DNA of 64,000 bases, taken from IMG/VR virus record IMGVR_UViG_3300025723_000028; one strand, 5' to 3'. Each line of letters begins with the position of its first letter. Position 1 is the first letter of the stretch. A model generated the notes under the pieces. That model was not told the DNA's origin, did no database searches, and saw nothing but the letters and a program-made list of their open reading frames with translations. A program made the position numbers and the translations under genes. This stretch comes from an uncultured virus (IMG/VR IMGVR_UViG_3300025723_000028) (taxonomy: Duplodnaviria; Heunggongvirae; Uroviricota; Caudoviricetes). Shown here one piece after another: positions 35,161 to 45,856 of the stretch.

Positions 35161-35902
35161 ACACGTAGGTAAACACGGGGACCGAAAAGTCTTAGTATTA
35201 TATCGCGAAGTACCAAACGAAGAACACATGTGTTTGGTAATTTATCCAGAAGTATTAAATGCAACATGGCAAGATGCAATTCAACGTGTTGTCGAAAGTT
35301 CTGTAGGACAATCAGAAAACAGCTTGGCAAACGCTTTGCATCGTTCATTACTTCCTGACGGGCGTCCTATTTTAGAAACATTACACAATGAAAGAATGAT
35401 TAAAAAGATTCGTTGTGCCGATGTCATTATGACTCCGGGCGGCAATGCAACAGTTCGTTTAGATGAAATGAATAAATTAGTTAACGAAATGAACAAGGGT
35501 GACGAAGCACGTAAAAAAATGGAAGAAGCTGAAGCTACTCGTGGCATGGTTGATCCATCAGTTAAACGTGCAGCAGAAGCTCGTTATAAAGAAGAGCAAT
35601 TAGCTAAACAAGATGCAGCACAAAATCGTTATATTGAACCAATGGAAAACTTGATTGCACCAACTGATGGTGTTTTAAGTGACCGAGCTATTGCAGCCAA
35701 CATGCTGACCCAAGCTAAACGTATGGAAACCGAAGCAAACTCTATGATTGCAGAAGCTGCACGTATGAAGAAAGATGCTGAGCGTATGGTACCTGGAGTT
35801 AATCCTGCTGAGGCCACATGGACTCCTCCTGTCGCAGAAGCACCAAAGCGTCGTGGTCGTCCTCCTAAAGCAGAAACAGTAGCAAATGATGCAACCAATT
35901 GA
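35144..35902 (+). CDS. hypothetical protein with C-terminal AT-hook-like motif
   Basis: AAGGAG RBS; KRRGRPPK. Confidence 0.7.
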   Translation: MAQMIKHVGKHGDRKVLVLYREVPNEEHMCLVIYPEVLNATWQDAIQRVVESSVGQSENSLANALHRSLLPDGRPILETLHNERMIKKIRCADVIMTPGGNATVRLDEMNKLVNEMNKGDEARKKMEEAEATRGMVDPSVKRAAEARYKEEQLAKQDAAQNRYIEPMENLIAPTDGVLSDRAIAANMLTQAKRMETEANSMIAEAARMKKDAERMVPGVNPAEATWTPPVAEAPKRRGRPPKAETVANDATN

Positions 35903-36191
35903 TGAGATGTTAGATCAGTGGGAAACGATAGTCGATGAAGTAAATAAGACTGACGTCCCACTTGAATGCATTAAAAAAATTGTATTCAAATTAACAAACA
36001 ATCGTCAACGCACCATCAATATTCATACCCTAGCTAAACAGGGGCTGAATATTGATGATATCGAACAAATAGTTACTAGAACATTTAATGATTTAGATTC
36101 TGAAATCAAAGATGTTGAATTTATTGTCGATATTAAAAGTGTGGCGGCTCTAGTACAACCCGAAACCGATAAACTATTAGGTAAACTTTGA
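35886..36191 (+). CDS. hypothetical protein
   Basis: Coupled ORF. Confidence 0.65.
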   Translation: MMQPIDEMLDQWETIVDEVNKTDVPLECIKKIVFKLTNNRQRTINIHTLAKQGLNIDDIEQIVTRTFNDLDSEIKDVEFIVDIKSVAALVQPETDKLLGKL

Positions 36192-36865
36192 AAGTAACAT
36201 TAATATCATCAAGTCAACCCAGTAAGGAACTAGTAGAACAGGGCATTGTAAATGCTCAAGAACTAGTTGCTTACTGTGCAAGAGTTAGTAATCGTGACAA
36301 TCAAACAAATACAGACACTAGCGAAAAACTTATACGCTATCTTATCAAGCACCAGCACTGGTCTCCTCTCGAGATGGTCTCAGCCTGTTTAGAGATCGAA
36401 ACAACTAGAGATATTGCTCGACAAATTTTGAGACATCGTTCATTTAGTTTCCAAGAATTTAGTCAGCGTTATGCAGTTGCTGACCTCGGGTTCGATATTA
36501 GAGAAACTAGATTGCAGGATACAAAGAATCGACAAAACAGTATCGAAGTAGGTGGATTATCTATATCCGATCAAAATTTAATAGAACAATGGCGTTGGAA
36601 ACAAGAAGCAGTTATTGCTGCGGCTGAACATTCTTATGAATGGGCATTGAAAAACGGTATTGCAAAAGAACAAGCTCGCGCTGTATTACCCGAAGGATTA
36701 ACCGTGAGTCGACTGTATATGCAGGGTACATTACGAAGTTGGCTGCATTACATTACACTCCGTAGTGGTCCCGAGACACAGAAAGAGCATAGATTAGTAG
36801 CTCAATTATGTGCAGTAGAACTCGAATCAATATTTCCAATGATCAACGAATTTATTGTAAAATAA
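36188..36865 (+). CDS. thyX: FAD-dependent thymidylate synthase
   Basis: HWSPLE, RQILRHRSFSFQEFSQRY, EQARAVLP. Confidence 0.95.
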   Translation: MKVTLISSSQPSKELVEQGIVNAQELVAYCARVSNRDNQTNTDTSEKLIRYLIKHQHWSPLEMVSACLEIETTRDIARQILRHRSFSFQEFSQRYAVADLGFDIRETRLQDTKNRQNSIEVGGLSISDQNLIEQWRWKQEAVIAAAEHSYEWALKNGIAKEQARAVLPEGLTVSRLYMQGTLRSWLHYITLRSGPETQKEHRLVAQLCAVELESIFPMINEFIVK

Positions 36866-36893
36866 TATCTGTTTATGTTATATTATATAATAC

Positions 36894-37220
36894 ATGGACC
36901 TATATAAAAATAAGAATGACTTCCTTAGTAATTTAACCGAATGGCGCCTAATTAACGGTGCGCCGGTAAAAATCTCAGGGGTAGTGGTACACACATTTAC
37001 CATGGGCGATGTTAGCGACCCAGATATCTATGCAGCTGAACCTTTATGGCAATGGCAACAGACAGAAATGGGTAAATGGGTTATGGAAAATGCTGTTGGC
37101 CCGCCTGAATGGAACCGTATTGTAGATCCGATAACATATGGCTACAAGTATTATATTGTTGCCAGACTTAAAGAACAGGATAAGACTTTCTGGACACTAA
37201 AATGGAAAAAATCTGAATGA
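36894..37220 (+). CDS. hypothetical protein
   Basis: Coupled to the next gene. Confidence 0.6.
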   Translation: MDLYKNKNDFLSNLTEWRLINGAPVKISGVVVHTFTMGDVSDPDIYAAEPLWQWQQTEMGKWVMENAVGPPEWNRIVDPITYGYKYYIVARLKEQDKTFWTLKWKKSE

Positions 37221-38161
37221 AAATATTAGTTACTGGTGGACTGGGATTTATTGGACATAACATAGTTCGTATGTTAGAAAATTTAGGGCATGATGTCAGT
37301 ATTATAGATAATCAAACAGATTACGGAATCATACCTGAAACAGAGTTGAATTACGTAATGGCAGAACGCGGCAAAAAAATTCTTACTCGAAATATCGTGT
37401 TGTCAGACATCACCCACCCATTAGATGATCAACTATTCCTCGGTGTCGACATTGTTATACATTTGGCTAGCTTTCCCAGACAAAAAGTCGTAAATAAAAA
37501 TCCTGTGGCGGGAAGCAGAGTAATGAGTGAAGGATTACTCAATTTATTAGAAATGTCAGTCAAACATAAAATAAAACGTTTTGTTTATGCTAGTTCAAGT
37601 ATGGTATACGGAGATTTTAATCATACTAGTATTAAAGAAGATGCGGTATGTAACCCCATTGGGCAATACGGTATAATGAAACTAGCTGGAGAATGGTTAG
37701 TGAAAGATTACAGCCGTCAATATGGATTAAATTATACTATTGTACGCCCAAGTGCCGTGTATGGTCCATGTGATGTGACTGATCGTGTTATAAGTAAATT
37801 TTTTGCTGCTGCTATGAACGGTGAAGATATTCAAGTACATGGGATAGAAGAGCAATTAGATTTTACCTATGTTGACGATGCAGCTATGGGAATCGTATTA
37901 GCTGCGACAAATAAGAAATCTGCAAACTCTACTTACAATATATCCCGAGGCCAATCACATTCATTAATGTCAGCCGCTATGTTAATAACTGATATAGTAG
38001 GTGAAGGAACTATATTCATAGGTAAACGTGATTTATCATATCCTGTACGTGGACAATTGAGTGTGAAAAAAGCTAAAAAAGATTTTGGTTATTTGCCCGA
38101 AGTTGATCTAAAGCAGGGACTAATAAAATACTATGAATGGCTTACACAAATAAAAAAATAA
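37217..38161 (+). CDS. NAD-dependent epimerase/dehydratase
   Basis: VTGGLGFIG, SSSMVYG, YGIMK. Confidence 0.9.
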   Translation: MKILVTGGLGFIGHNIVRMLENLGHDVSIIDNQTDYGIIPETELNYVMAERGKKILTRNIVLSDITHPLDDQLFLGVDIVIHLASFPRQKVVNKNPVAGSRVMSEGLLNLLEMSVKHKIKRFVYASSSMVYGDFNHTSIKEDAVCNPIGQYGIMKLAGEWLVKDYSRQYGLNYTIVRPSAVYGPCDVTDRVISKFFAAAMNGEDIQVHGIEEQLDFTYVDDAAMGIVLAATNKKSANSTYNISRGQSHSLMSAAMLITDIVGEGTIFIGKRDLSYPVRGQLSVKKAKKDFGYLPEVDLKQGLIKYYEWLTQIKK

Positions 38162-38163
38162 AA

Positions 38164-40194
38164 ATGCTGAATATACCCATAATACCACGCGAACAAGTTG
38201 AACAAATTGAATGGCAAAATGATTATTTAGAATATGATCATCAGTTAAGACAATTAGGGCAAGCCCATGAAGAATTTTTAGTAATAAATCCCATATACGA
38301 GGGAACTGCTTTACTAGACACCATTGACAAAATACCACCAACTCCCGGATTAAAATGTATAGTATGGAAATTTAATGACAACTGGGTCGCAAAGTATTTC
38401 AATAAAAATTGGAAACTTGGCATGGGCTATTGGGCAGTTGATATTAAGATGATGTGGGAAAGGAATCCAGATATTCCTGACACAATTCCCTTTGCCGATG
38501 ATCCATCTAAAATTCCTTTCAATAATTTATATGATTTGAAATACGAAAACATATGGTATTTAGACCCTACATATAATCCTACTAAAGATAAAGTATGGGT
38601 GTTTCGATGCCGATTGCCAAATTATAATGTAGAAGGTACTAAAGACATGGGCTATATTAGTCCAAAAGTTAAGATAAAATATAACAAAGATTTGCCCGAT
38701 TTAACTTTTGATAAAAATTTATCGATTCCTTGGTATGATTTAAAATATGAACATGTATGGTACTTAGATCCTAAATTCAATCCCACTGATGATAAAGTAT
38801 GGGCAGTTAAAGTTAAATTATTAGACGGGAATCCCAAATCCACAAAAGACATGGGCTATGTTTCTCCAAAATTAATATGGGAGAGAAATCCTGCAATACC
38901 AGAAGATATTACACTATTAAATGATCCGTCGAAGATTCCCCTGAATAATTTATATGATTTAAAATATGAACATGTATGGTACTTAGATCCTAAATTCAAT
39001 CCCACTGATGATAAAGTATGGGTTTTACGTTGTCATTTAGACAATAGTACTATACTGGGAACTAAAGACATGGGCTATATTAGTCCAAAAATAAAAATAA
39101 AATACAATAGTGATATTCCTAAAATAGATTTTGATTTTAATTTAGCTATTCCTTGGCATGAATTAAAATACGAACATGTATGGTACTTAGATCCTAAATT
39201 CAATCCCACTGATGATAAAGTATGGGCAATCAAAGTTAAATTATTGAATGGCATGCCTAAGCCTGTTAAAGATATGGGTTATGTTAGCCCTAAAATAATT
39301 TATAATCCAGCATTGCCTAAACTAGAATATACTATTGACGATCATATACCCTATTATGATTTATCTTACGAACATGTATGGATGGTAGACAAAAAATTAT
39401 CAGTCACTTATCAGGATGTATGGGCAGCAAAAATTACTCCACACGAACCTAAGGGTACTAAAATTGTAGGTAACGCTAAATTTAATCTTCCTGTACGGTT
39501 AGATGTTGTGTTTATAAGCTACAATGAACCTAACGCAGAAACCAACTGGCAAAAAGTATTGACCAAAGCACCATATGCTAAACGTATTGATAACATAAAA
39601 GGTATTGTATCTGCACATAAACAAGCTGCATCCATAGTAAAGACTGACATGTTTTATGTGGTAGACGGCGATGCTGAGTTAGACGATAATTGGGATTTTA
39701 ACTTTCAACCTGATATCTTTGATCGAGATTGCGTGCATGTTTGGCGTAGTATCAATCCCGTCAATGGGTTAAAATATGGTTATGGAGGAGTGAAATTATT
39801 CCCAACAGACTTAGTATTATCAGCTGATGAAAATAATACCGATATGACTACCAGTTTAAGTGACAAATTTAAATTGATGCCTAAGATTAGTAATACTACT
39901 TCGTTTAATAGTGACGAGTTTAGTGCTTGGCGTAGTGCTTTTAGAGAATGTGCTAAATTATCCAGCAAGATAGTAAATCGACAACTAAGCCGCGAAACTG
40001 AAAAACGGTTAGACATTTGGTGTACCGCAGGTGACGACAAACCTTTTGGCAAATATGCTATTGCCGGTGCAATAGCTGGAAGAAAATTCGGCAAAGAAAA
40101 TATAGATAATGTCAAGGTATTGCAATTAATAAATGATTACGATTGGCTTAATACACAATTTAAAAATTTATACATTGAATCTGTACTAGAGTAA
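38164..40194 (+). CDS. repeat-containing glycosyltransferase-like protein
   Basis: Five ~70-aa repeats, then VVFISYNEP...VVDGDA (DxD)...AWRSAFRE. Confidence 0.7.
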   Translation: MLNIPIIPREQVEQIEWQNDYLEYDHQLRQLGQAHEEFLVINPIYEGTALLDTIDKIPPTPGLKCIVWKFNDNWVAKYFNKNWKLGMGYWAVDIKMMWERNPDIPDTIPFADDPSKIPFNNLYDLKYENIWYLDPTYNPTKDKVWVFRCRLPNYNVEGTKDMGYISPKVKIKYNKDLPDLTFDKNLSIPWYDLKYEHVWYLDPKFNPTDDKVWAVKVKLLDGNPKSTKDMGYVSPKLIWERNPAIPEDITLLNDPSKIPLNNLYDLKYEHVWYLDPKFNPTDDKVWVLRCHLDNSTILGTKDMGYISPKIKIKYNSDIPKIDFDFNLAIPWHELKYEHVWYLDPKFNPTDDKVWAIKVKLLNGMPKPVKDMGYVSPKIIYNPALPKLEYTIDDHIPYYDLSYEHVWMVDKKLSVTYQDVWAAKITPHEPKGTKIVGNAKFNLPVRLDVVFISYNEPNAETNWQKVLTKAPYAKRIDNIKGIVSAHKQAASIVKTDMFYVVDGDAELDDNWDFNFQPDIFDRDCVHVWRSINPVNGLKYGYGGVKLFPTDLVLSADENNTDMTTSLSDKFKLMPKISNTTSFNSDEFSAWRSAFRECAKLSSKIVNRQLSRETEKRLDIWCTAGDDKPFGKYAIAGAIAGRKFGKENIDNVKVLQLINDYDWLNTQFKNLYIESVLE

Positions 40195-40197
40195 AAA

Positions 40198-41259
40198 TTA
40201 AGATTGATTAAATGATAAAATTTGTGATAACTCTTCATCAGTATATTCAGATTTAACATTTCCAGATTCACTTCCCAATCCTCTTATCGGCACCATATCA
40301 ATTGATAATAAATTAGGTGGCAGATTGTATAATTGTATAACTTTTTTAATTTCATTGGATAATTCAATAGACTGATTAATAGTACCAGGTTTGGTCATTA
40401 ATTTAACAATGAACTTGGTTAAATTTTTTGTTCCTTTTGATAATGTATTAGCCACTGCATCAACATTTTTCATAAACAATTCTTTTTTCATAAATTCAAA
40501 ATGAGCACTGAATATTAGTATACTATAATTGTCGCAATTTTTTTCCCAGTATTTAGGACCCTGGCTTCCATTTGATACTAACATAGTCCATTGATTTTTA
40601 CTGCTAAGATATTGTATAAAAGGTTCAAAATCAGGATTCAATGTTGGTTCGCCTCCGCCAAAATACCAACGTATGCGATGTCCTTCGCTCCAATTTTCAA
40701 TCATATAATCAGCTGTTTTGATTAATAAATCTAAACTTTTATGAGGATCTGTTGTATTATGTACATCTGGCCAACAATAGCTACAATTATAATTGCATTG
40801 TCGTCCTATATCCCATAAAATTTGTTTAGGAACTTCATGATTAAATTTCAAAGCAGTGATATTAGTAACAGTATCAAATATTTGATTGGAATTCAAAGGT
40901 TTAGAATTTATAAAATCGATACTATTAACATCATCTTTTTTATATTTTGTCACTGTTATATCAGATCCACATCCACAAGTTTTATATGGACATATAACTG
41001 TTTCTTTAGGCAAGGTAAATCCGTCATTGATGTTGCCCAATTTGCCCCAAGCCGGCTTATTATTTTTTAAAAGCCATTTTCCTGCACTACCTGAACAATT
41101 TCCGTTCCAAACATTACCATCAAAGTCTATATATAAATTCTGCAATCCAGTATTACATACCCAGCCTTGAAATTTATTTAATTTAGCTGTAACTATATCT
41201 TCTATACTGGCCATTATTCTGCGATTATCATCAGACAATACTACTAATTGCTTAGACAT
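40198..41259 (-). CDS. radical SAM protein with N-terminal SPASM/twitch-like Cys domain
   Basis: CNYNCSYC and GGEPT; N-terminal C...C...CPYKTCGC. Confidence 0.8.
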   Translation of the reverse strand: MSKQLVVLSDDNRRIMASIEDIVTAKLNKFQGWVCNTGLQNLYIDFDGNVWNGNCSGSAGKWLLKNNKPAWGKLGNINDGFTLPKETVICPYKTCGCGSDITVTKYKKDDVNSIDFINSKPLNSNQIFDTVTNITALKFNHEVPKQILWDIGRQCNYNCSYCWPDVHNTTDPHKSLDLLIKTADYMIENWSEGHRIRWYFGGGEPTLNPDFEPFIQYLSSKNQWTMLVSNGSQGPKYWEKNCDNYSILIFSAHFEFMKKELFMKNVDAVANTLSKGTKNLTKFIVKLMTKPGTINQSIELSNEIKKVIQLYNLPPNLLSIDMVPIRGLGSESGNVKSEYTDEELSQILSFNQS

Positions 41260-42208
41260 CTTTGTATTCCTTAGTGCTCATAATGTCAAAATTACAATGA
41301 CACATAGTCTTAGTACAAAGTATCGGATCAGTGGGTAAAACTAAATTTTCGTCAAATATACTACCTATTGCCCCACCTTCTAAACACCATCCTCGAGAAA
41401 TCGTTCCACGTTGATCTACAATTAGCTGCTCAACACCAGCATAGCAGTTCCACCCGGACCAATCATTTGCTTTTTCATTAATAAAACGATGAGCACTGGA
41501 TACTGCTGATGTCCCGTTAGGATATAGCATTCGCATCGCACCTCTATAATATTCAAAAGTTCGATCAAATTTAATATGTTGACTAATTAAACTATGTTGA
41601 TCATCAATAATTTTCTTTTGTTCAGGTGTATAATCATACAATACTTCGCCAAAATCATGTATAAGTGGCTGTAGTGCCATTGATATATTGCCTAAATCTT
41701 TTATTTTGTTGGCTATATCGAAACAATAATCAAATTTTTCAGGACTCATCATTATATTAACATGAGTACGTACATCATTGTTTAAAATTTTTACAACCTC
41801 AATAAAATGATCAGCATCACCAAACTCAGGATGAAAACTCAAACATACGTGATCAAAATATTGTTTGTTTTCATTCCAATATCTTAATGTTCGTGATCCA
41901 TTAGATATTAATCCTACTTTCACACCTTGTTCTGTACAATATTGACAAATGTCTATAAAATGTTTGTACAGCGTAACTTCTCCGCCTGTGAATTCGAAAT
42001 AAAGTTTTTTGTTAGGATGTGTTTCTTTAATTTTTGAAATAAAATTCTTAATGGTATCTGGGGTTGGCCATGGATTAGTACCATTGTGTAAATTATCTGG
42101 GCAATAGCTGCAACTGAAATTGCAAGTATTACCCAGACACCAGTTAACTACAAACCAATCAGTATTAACGGGGTTAGCATGTTCTAGTTTGAAATATTTT
42201 TTTTGCAT
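41252..42208 (-). CDS. radical SAM protein with C-terminal SPASM/twitch-like domain
   Basis: CNFSCSYC, TGGEV, C...C...CTKTMCHC. Confidence 0.85.
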   Translation of the reverse strand: MQKKYFKLEHANPVNTDWFVVNWCLGNTCNFSCSYCPDNLHNGTNPWPTPDTIKNFISKIKETHPNKKLYFEFTGGEVTLYKHFIDICQYCTEQGVKVGLISNGSRTLRYWNENKQYFDHVCLSFHPEFGDADHFIEVVKILNNDVRTHVNIMMSPEKFDYCFDIANKIKDLGNISMALQPLIHDFGEVLYDYTPEQKKIIDDQHSLISQHIKFDRTFEYYRGAMRMLYPNGTSAVSSAHRFINEKANDWSGWNCYAGVEQLIVDQRGTISRGWCLEGGAIGSIFDENLVLPTDPILCTKTMCHCNFDIMSTKEYKDV

Positions 42209-42260
42209 TGTAAGCCTATGAAATTTTATATGGTGAATTATTTATACTAATAAGTACACG

Positions 42261-42803
42261 ATGTTTAACAAAGATGCTTTTTCAAATGGGCAAATAGATA
42301 GCAAATTATGGTTATGTCGAGAGCTTGAAAATCTAAATTGGCATAGCAAATTAACTCGAATCTATGCAGGCTGGTACGGTATTACTGGATTTCTATTATT
42401 AAGTAGAGAACGATTTAATGTAGATCGAATTGAAAGTTACGACATAGATCCCACTTGTGAATCTATGGCCGATACAGTAAATGAAAATTGGGTCTTTAAA
42501 GAATGGCAATTCAAAGCATACACAGGTGATTGTAACTTGCTATTGCCTGGTAATCCTGATTTAATAATCAATACCAGCACTGAGCATTTTGATTCTATGG
42601 ATTGGTTCAACAATATCCCAATAGGTACTAGGGTTATATTACAGGGAAATGATATGCCACACGATGATCACGTGGTACATTCATCAACTTTAGATGATTT
42701 TATTGACCATTATCCATTAACTAGTATTTCTTACCACGGTAGTTTAGATTTTATATATCCCGATTCGCAATTTACTAGATATATGCTAATTGGAACAAAA
42801 TAA
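42261..42803 (+). CDS. SAM-dependent methyltransferase-like protein
   Basis: YAGWYG, SYDIDP, IINTSTEH. Confidence 0.6.
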   Translation: MFNKDAFSNGQIDSKLWLCRELENLNWHSKLTRIYAGWYGITGFLLLSRERFNVDRIESYDIDPTCESMADTVNENWVFKEWQFKAYTGDCNLLLPGNPDLIINTSTEHFDSMDWFNNIPIGTRVILQGNDMPHDDHVVHSSTLDDFIDHYPLTSISYHGSLDFIYPDSQFTRYMLIGTK

Positions 42804-43748
42804 TTACCATCCCTCTTGTCTACGTATTACATCTATTTCACGAATCATTATGCCTTGATTATACCAATTATTTCGATAATGCCTCTTAAAAAATTTGCTT
42901 GCATTTTCATCTAACATTGTAATTGGCAAGTCTAGTTGGTTTTGCAAATCAGGTGCAATACGTGCAGCAATGACTTCGGGATTATGCCCATCTACAGTGT
43001 CGTATATAAGTTTTAACGCATTGAAATCTTGTACTTGTTTATAATCCCATGTAGGATTAATCATAAGCATATATGTACCCATACGAGCACCTAAAATAGC
43101 CCATACCCCATTCTCAATGTCTCTTCCTACATTATGCCATACTGTTAAATGATCAAGATTACGATGGTGTACATTTTGTTTAAAATTTTTAATTGTAGGC
43201 TTAACACCACGATCTAAACACATCTTTACTCCTTCCCGAAATCCAGCACGCCATGCTTGAAATGGAGAACCGTTTGGATATGTTGTACTATAGCAATCGT
43301 GCATAGCCCAATAATTAGAATAAAAACAAAATTCTACATCATTTTCTGCTGTGCCATCAGTGTTTTCGTGTGTCTGCATATTATTCACAAAGGTACGTGT
43401 CCATGAACTAATACCGCCATTGCCATACATTAATCCGTTAATCTCATTTCGAGCACGCCAACGATATACAGCATTCTCCCATTCTGTATCAGGAAATTCC
43501 AATGTTAAATCAAAGAAATCTTCCTCAGGCATGTTATCGCCATCGATCAATATAAATCTTTCAGTTTCACTTGCAGCAGCAGCGGCTTTATGTGCTGCAT
43601 CAGAACCTGCTACTCCATCAACTCGTTTAGCCCACGGTATCATATTCTTAATTTCAACCCAAAAATTTTCCTTTTGTGGCTCGTCGTAGGTTAAAAATAT
43701 TACATCTAAGTCTGCTACATCTATCCTTGTTGTCATACTAAATTCCAT
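42804..43748 (-). CDS. glycosyltransferase-like protein
   Basis: VIFLTYDEP...IDGDN...AWRAGFREG; homologous to the C-terminus of 38164-40194. Confidence 0.65.
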   Translation of the reverse strand: MEFSMTTRIDVADLDVIFLTYDEPQKENFWVEIKNMIPWAKRVDGVAGSDAAHKAAAAASETERFILIDGDNMPEEDFFDLTLEFPDTEWENAVYRWRARNEINGLMYGNGGISSWTRTFVNNMQTHENTDGTAENDVEFCFYSNYWAMHDCYSTTYPNGSPFQAWRAGFREGVKMCLDRGVKPTIKNFKQNVHHRNLDHLTVWHNVGRDIENGVWAILGARMGTYMLMINPTWDYKQVQDFNALKLIYDTVDGHNPEVIAARIAPDLQNQLDLPITMLDENASKFFKRHYRNNWYNQGIMIREIDVIRRQEGW

Positions 43749-44050
43749 TTTTTGTGTGGGAGATTTTCTTCTACTACTATACTGATATCAGTTGGATGAC
43801 AAGCAACACCACAATTAGTTGGCATTAATCTTGTTACTACACAAGTATCGATTATAGTTAATTTACCGTCAATTACTCTTATATGAGTAGGTGGATTAAA
43901 AAATGTCTCTGCGTCGACATTTATATAATTACCTGATAATTCTTCCTGACTAAAAAATAATGGCAAACCTTGATCATTGTAATATAATCTATGTATTACT
44001 GGTTTTATTACTACCGGTTGAATGGCATTCCAAAATTCTTGTTCATTCAT
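43733..44050 (-). CDS. hypothetical protein
   Basis: Coupled ORF. Confidence 0.6.
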   Translation of the reverse strand: MNEQEFWNAIQPVVIKPVIHRLYYNDQGLPLFFSQEELSGNYINVDAETFFNPPTHIRVIDGKLTIIDTCVVTRLMPTNCGVACHPTDISIVVEENLPHKKWNLV

Positions 44051-44348
44051 CTTCAGGTAATGTTCCGTTACTATGTCTTTCGCGAAATGTATCTAAATCC
44101 TGTATAGCCCGCTGTTCTTGTAATGTAAGCTCTCCGAAAAACTTACGAGGATTGCCACACATTACACAGTTTGCATCACCGCATGTCATTCCCGATACTT
44201 TATGATAACGATGAGGGCTATCATTTGCAGAATCAATCCCGCCTACTCCAAATGAATGTGCTTTGCGAATATTCATTTGTCTGTTAATATGATTTTCCTT
44301 CTGCTGTTGTCGCTTACTATGTTTTAATTTATCTTGTTCGTCACTCAT
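44043..44348 (-). CDS. hypothetical protein
   Basis: CGDANCVMCGNPRK. Confidence 0.6.
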   Translation of the reverse strand: MSDEQDKLKHSKRQQQKENHINRQMNIRKAHSFGVGGIDSANDSPHRYHKVSGMTCGDANCVMCGNPRKFFGELTLQEQRAIQDLDTFRERHSNGTLPEDE

Positions 44349-45105
44349 TAGCTAACTCCTTGATATAATAATGTACAAAACCCCACTGTGCGACAGTGTT
44401 AATTCTAACCCCAGGGTTAGTTTTTTCAAAAACTAATTCCTTACTCCAATCATTTGATTCGATAGGTATCATATTTTTTTTCATATGAACTATCTTTGGT
44501 CCAATGTCTTTAGGCAAAGTTACATTTTCAATGCCTATGGTAACAGCAGCTATAGCATATACTACATCTGTAGTTGGAATTTCATCGGGAAATTTCAATA
44601 AAGTCTTATATATTTCCCAATTCTCAAATATGTTGCGAACTAATATAAAAAATTGTTCAGCTGTATCGCTTACTTTCCAGTATGTGATAGCATTATACAC
44701 ATCAGGCAAGTTATTGTTATCAAATATCTTACGATAAAATCTTGACTTACCAGTATTGTCATAAAAATCTCTGCATCCTTGACTTATGACTATATCCCGG
44801 GTAGAAAATAAATCCCACCAATGATTAATCGGACTAGCACACCACATATCAGCTTCTAATTTAATAGTATGTCGATAAGGACTCACCAAATAGCATTGCC
44901 AATCATTAGCAAATCCATTGAGATTTCCATATGGCAACATATCTTCAGTCAATATAGTGATTTCAGCATCAGGATGCCATTCCAATATACTATTGCGCAA
45001 TTTTTCAGCACACTTAATATACACATCGCCTATCGCAGGAATTAAATATCCTTGATCAGCAGTCACTTGCAATAATATCTCCCAAATGTCTTTTACCCAT
45101 AGCAT
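44341..45105 (-). CDS. glycosyltransferase-like protein (start may be downstream)
   Basis: SPYRHTIKLEAD, PDVYNA, HMK. Confidence 0.6.
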   Translation of the reverse strand: MLWVKDIWEILLQVTADQGYLIPAIGDVYIKCAEKLRNSILEWHPDAEITILTEDMLPYGNLNGFANDWQCYLVSPYRHTIKLEADMWCASPINHWWDLFSTRDIVISQGCRDFYDNTGKSRFYRKIFDNNNLPDVYNAITYWKVSDTAEQFFILVRNIFENWEIYKTLLKFPDEIPTTDVVYAIAAVTIGIENVTLPKDIGPKIVHMKKNMIPIESNDWSKELVFEKTNPGVRINTVAQWGFVHYYIKELANE

Positions 45106-45856
45106 GAAAATCCTGTTTGCATATAGTTATATAGCGTGATTTTTGATCATGTGTTAGAAAATCTACACGATATTCATCCACTGCTATTTTTGTCAAGGAA
45201 CGGGAGGGAGTTAAAGATGCTAATTTCCAGGGTATATCATTATGATCAAGAGTGTGACCATTAACAATACCTAATGCTATACTCAACGCAAAATCGTTAC
45301 GATAGGTAGGTGTTAAAATTTTATATAAATTTTTGTAATGTTCCCAATTTTTTTTGATCATATTCATACAATCAAAAATCATTTCAACTTCGGGACTTTT
45401 TCTAAACATCATTACGGTAGCCCACCACATGGGCATTTTAAAATTACCAAAACTATTAAGATTGTCAAAATTATCTTGATGTAGTATATCATATGCTGTT
45501 TTATGGGCTGCAAAATTACAATTCATTGTCAACACTTTCTTTAATTGATTACTAGCTACAACATAGTCAGCATCTAAAACTAAAGTTTGATCCCAGGGAG
45601 ATAGACGATAAGCATCTACGCGATTACCATTATACCAAGTTACATCATTTTCTTGATCTGCAAATTTTCTTGTATACTTTCCTTCAGGATTTGCATATAT
45701 GCATTGCTCATAATCTTTAGAAACAAATGTGTTGTCTGTTATTATAGCAGTGGGAATATCTAGACAACGCTGAATATTCCCTGCCGACCAACGAGCCATA
45801 GATAGATAGTCTATATGTTCGTTATTAAAGGCAAAAATCAACGCACCTGTTGTCAT
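45056..45856 (-). CDS. glycosyltransferase-like protein
   Basis: SPWDQTLVLDAD (DxD), RNDFALS, HAMGK. Confidence 0.65.
   Translation of the reverse strand: MTTGALIFAFNNEHIDYLSMARWSAGNIQRCLDIPTAIITDNTFVSKDYEQCIYANPEGKYTRKFADQENDVTWYNGNRVDAYRLSPWDQTLVLDADYVVASNQLKKVLTMNCNFAAHKTAYDILHQDNFDNLNSFGNFKMPMWWATVMMFRKSPEVEMIFDCMNMIKKNWEHYKNLYKILTPTYRNDFALSIALGIVNGHTLDHNDIPWKLASLTPSRSLTKIAVDEYRVDFLTHDQKSRYITICKQDFHAMGKRHLGDIIASDC

Noticed and set aside
33564..35961. Antisense ORFs within the VWA and neighbouring genes
   Set aside because: Shadows of well-supported sense genes
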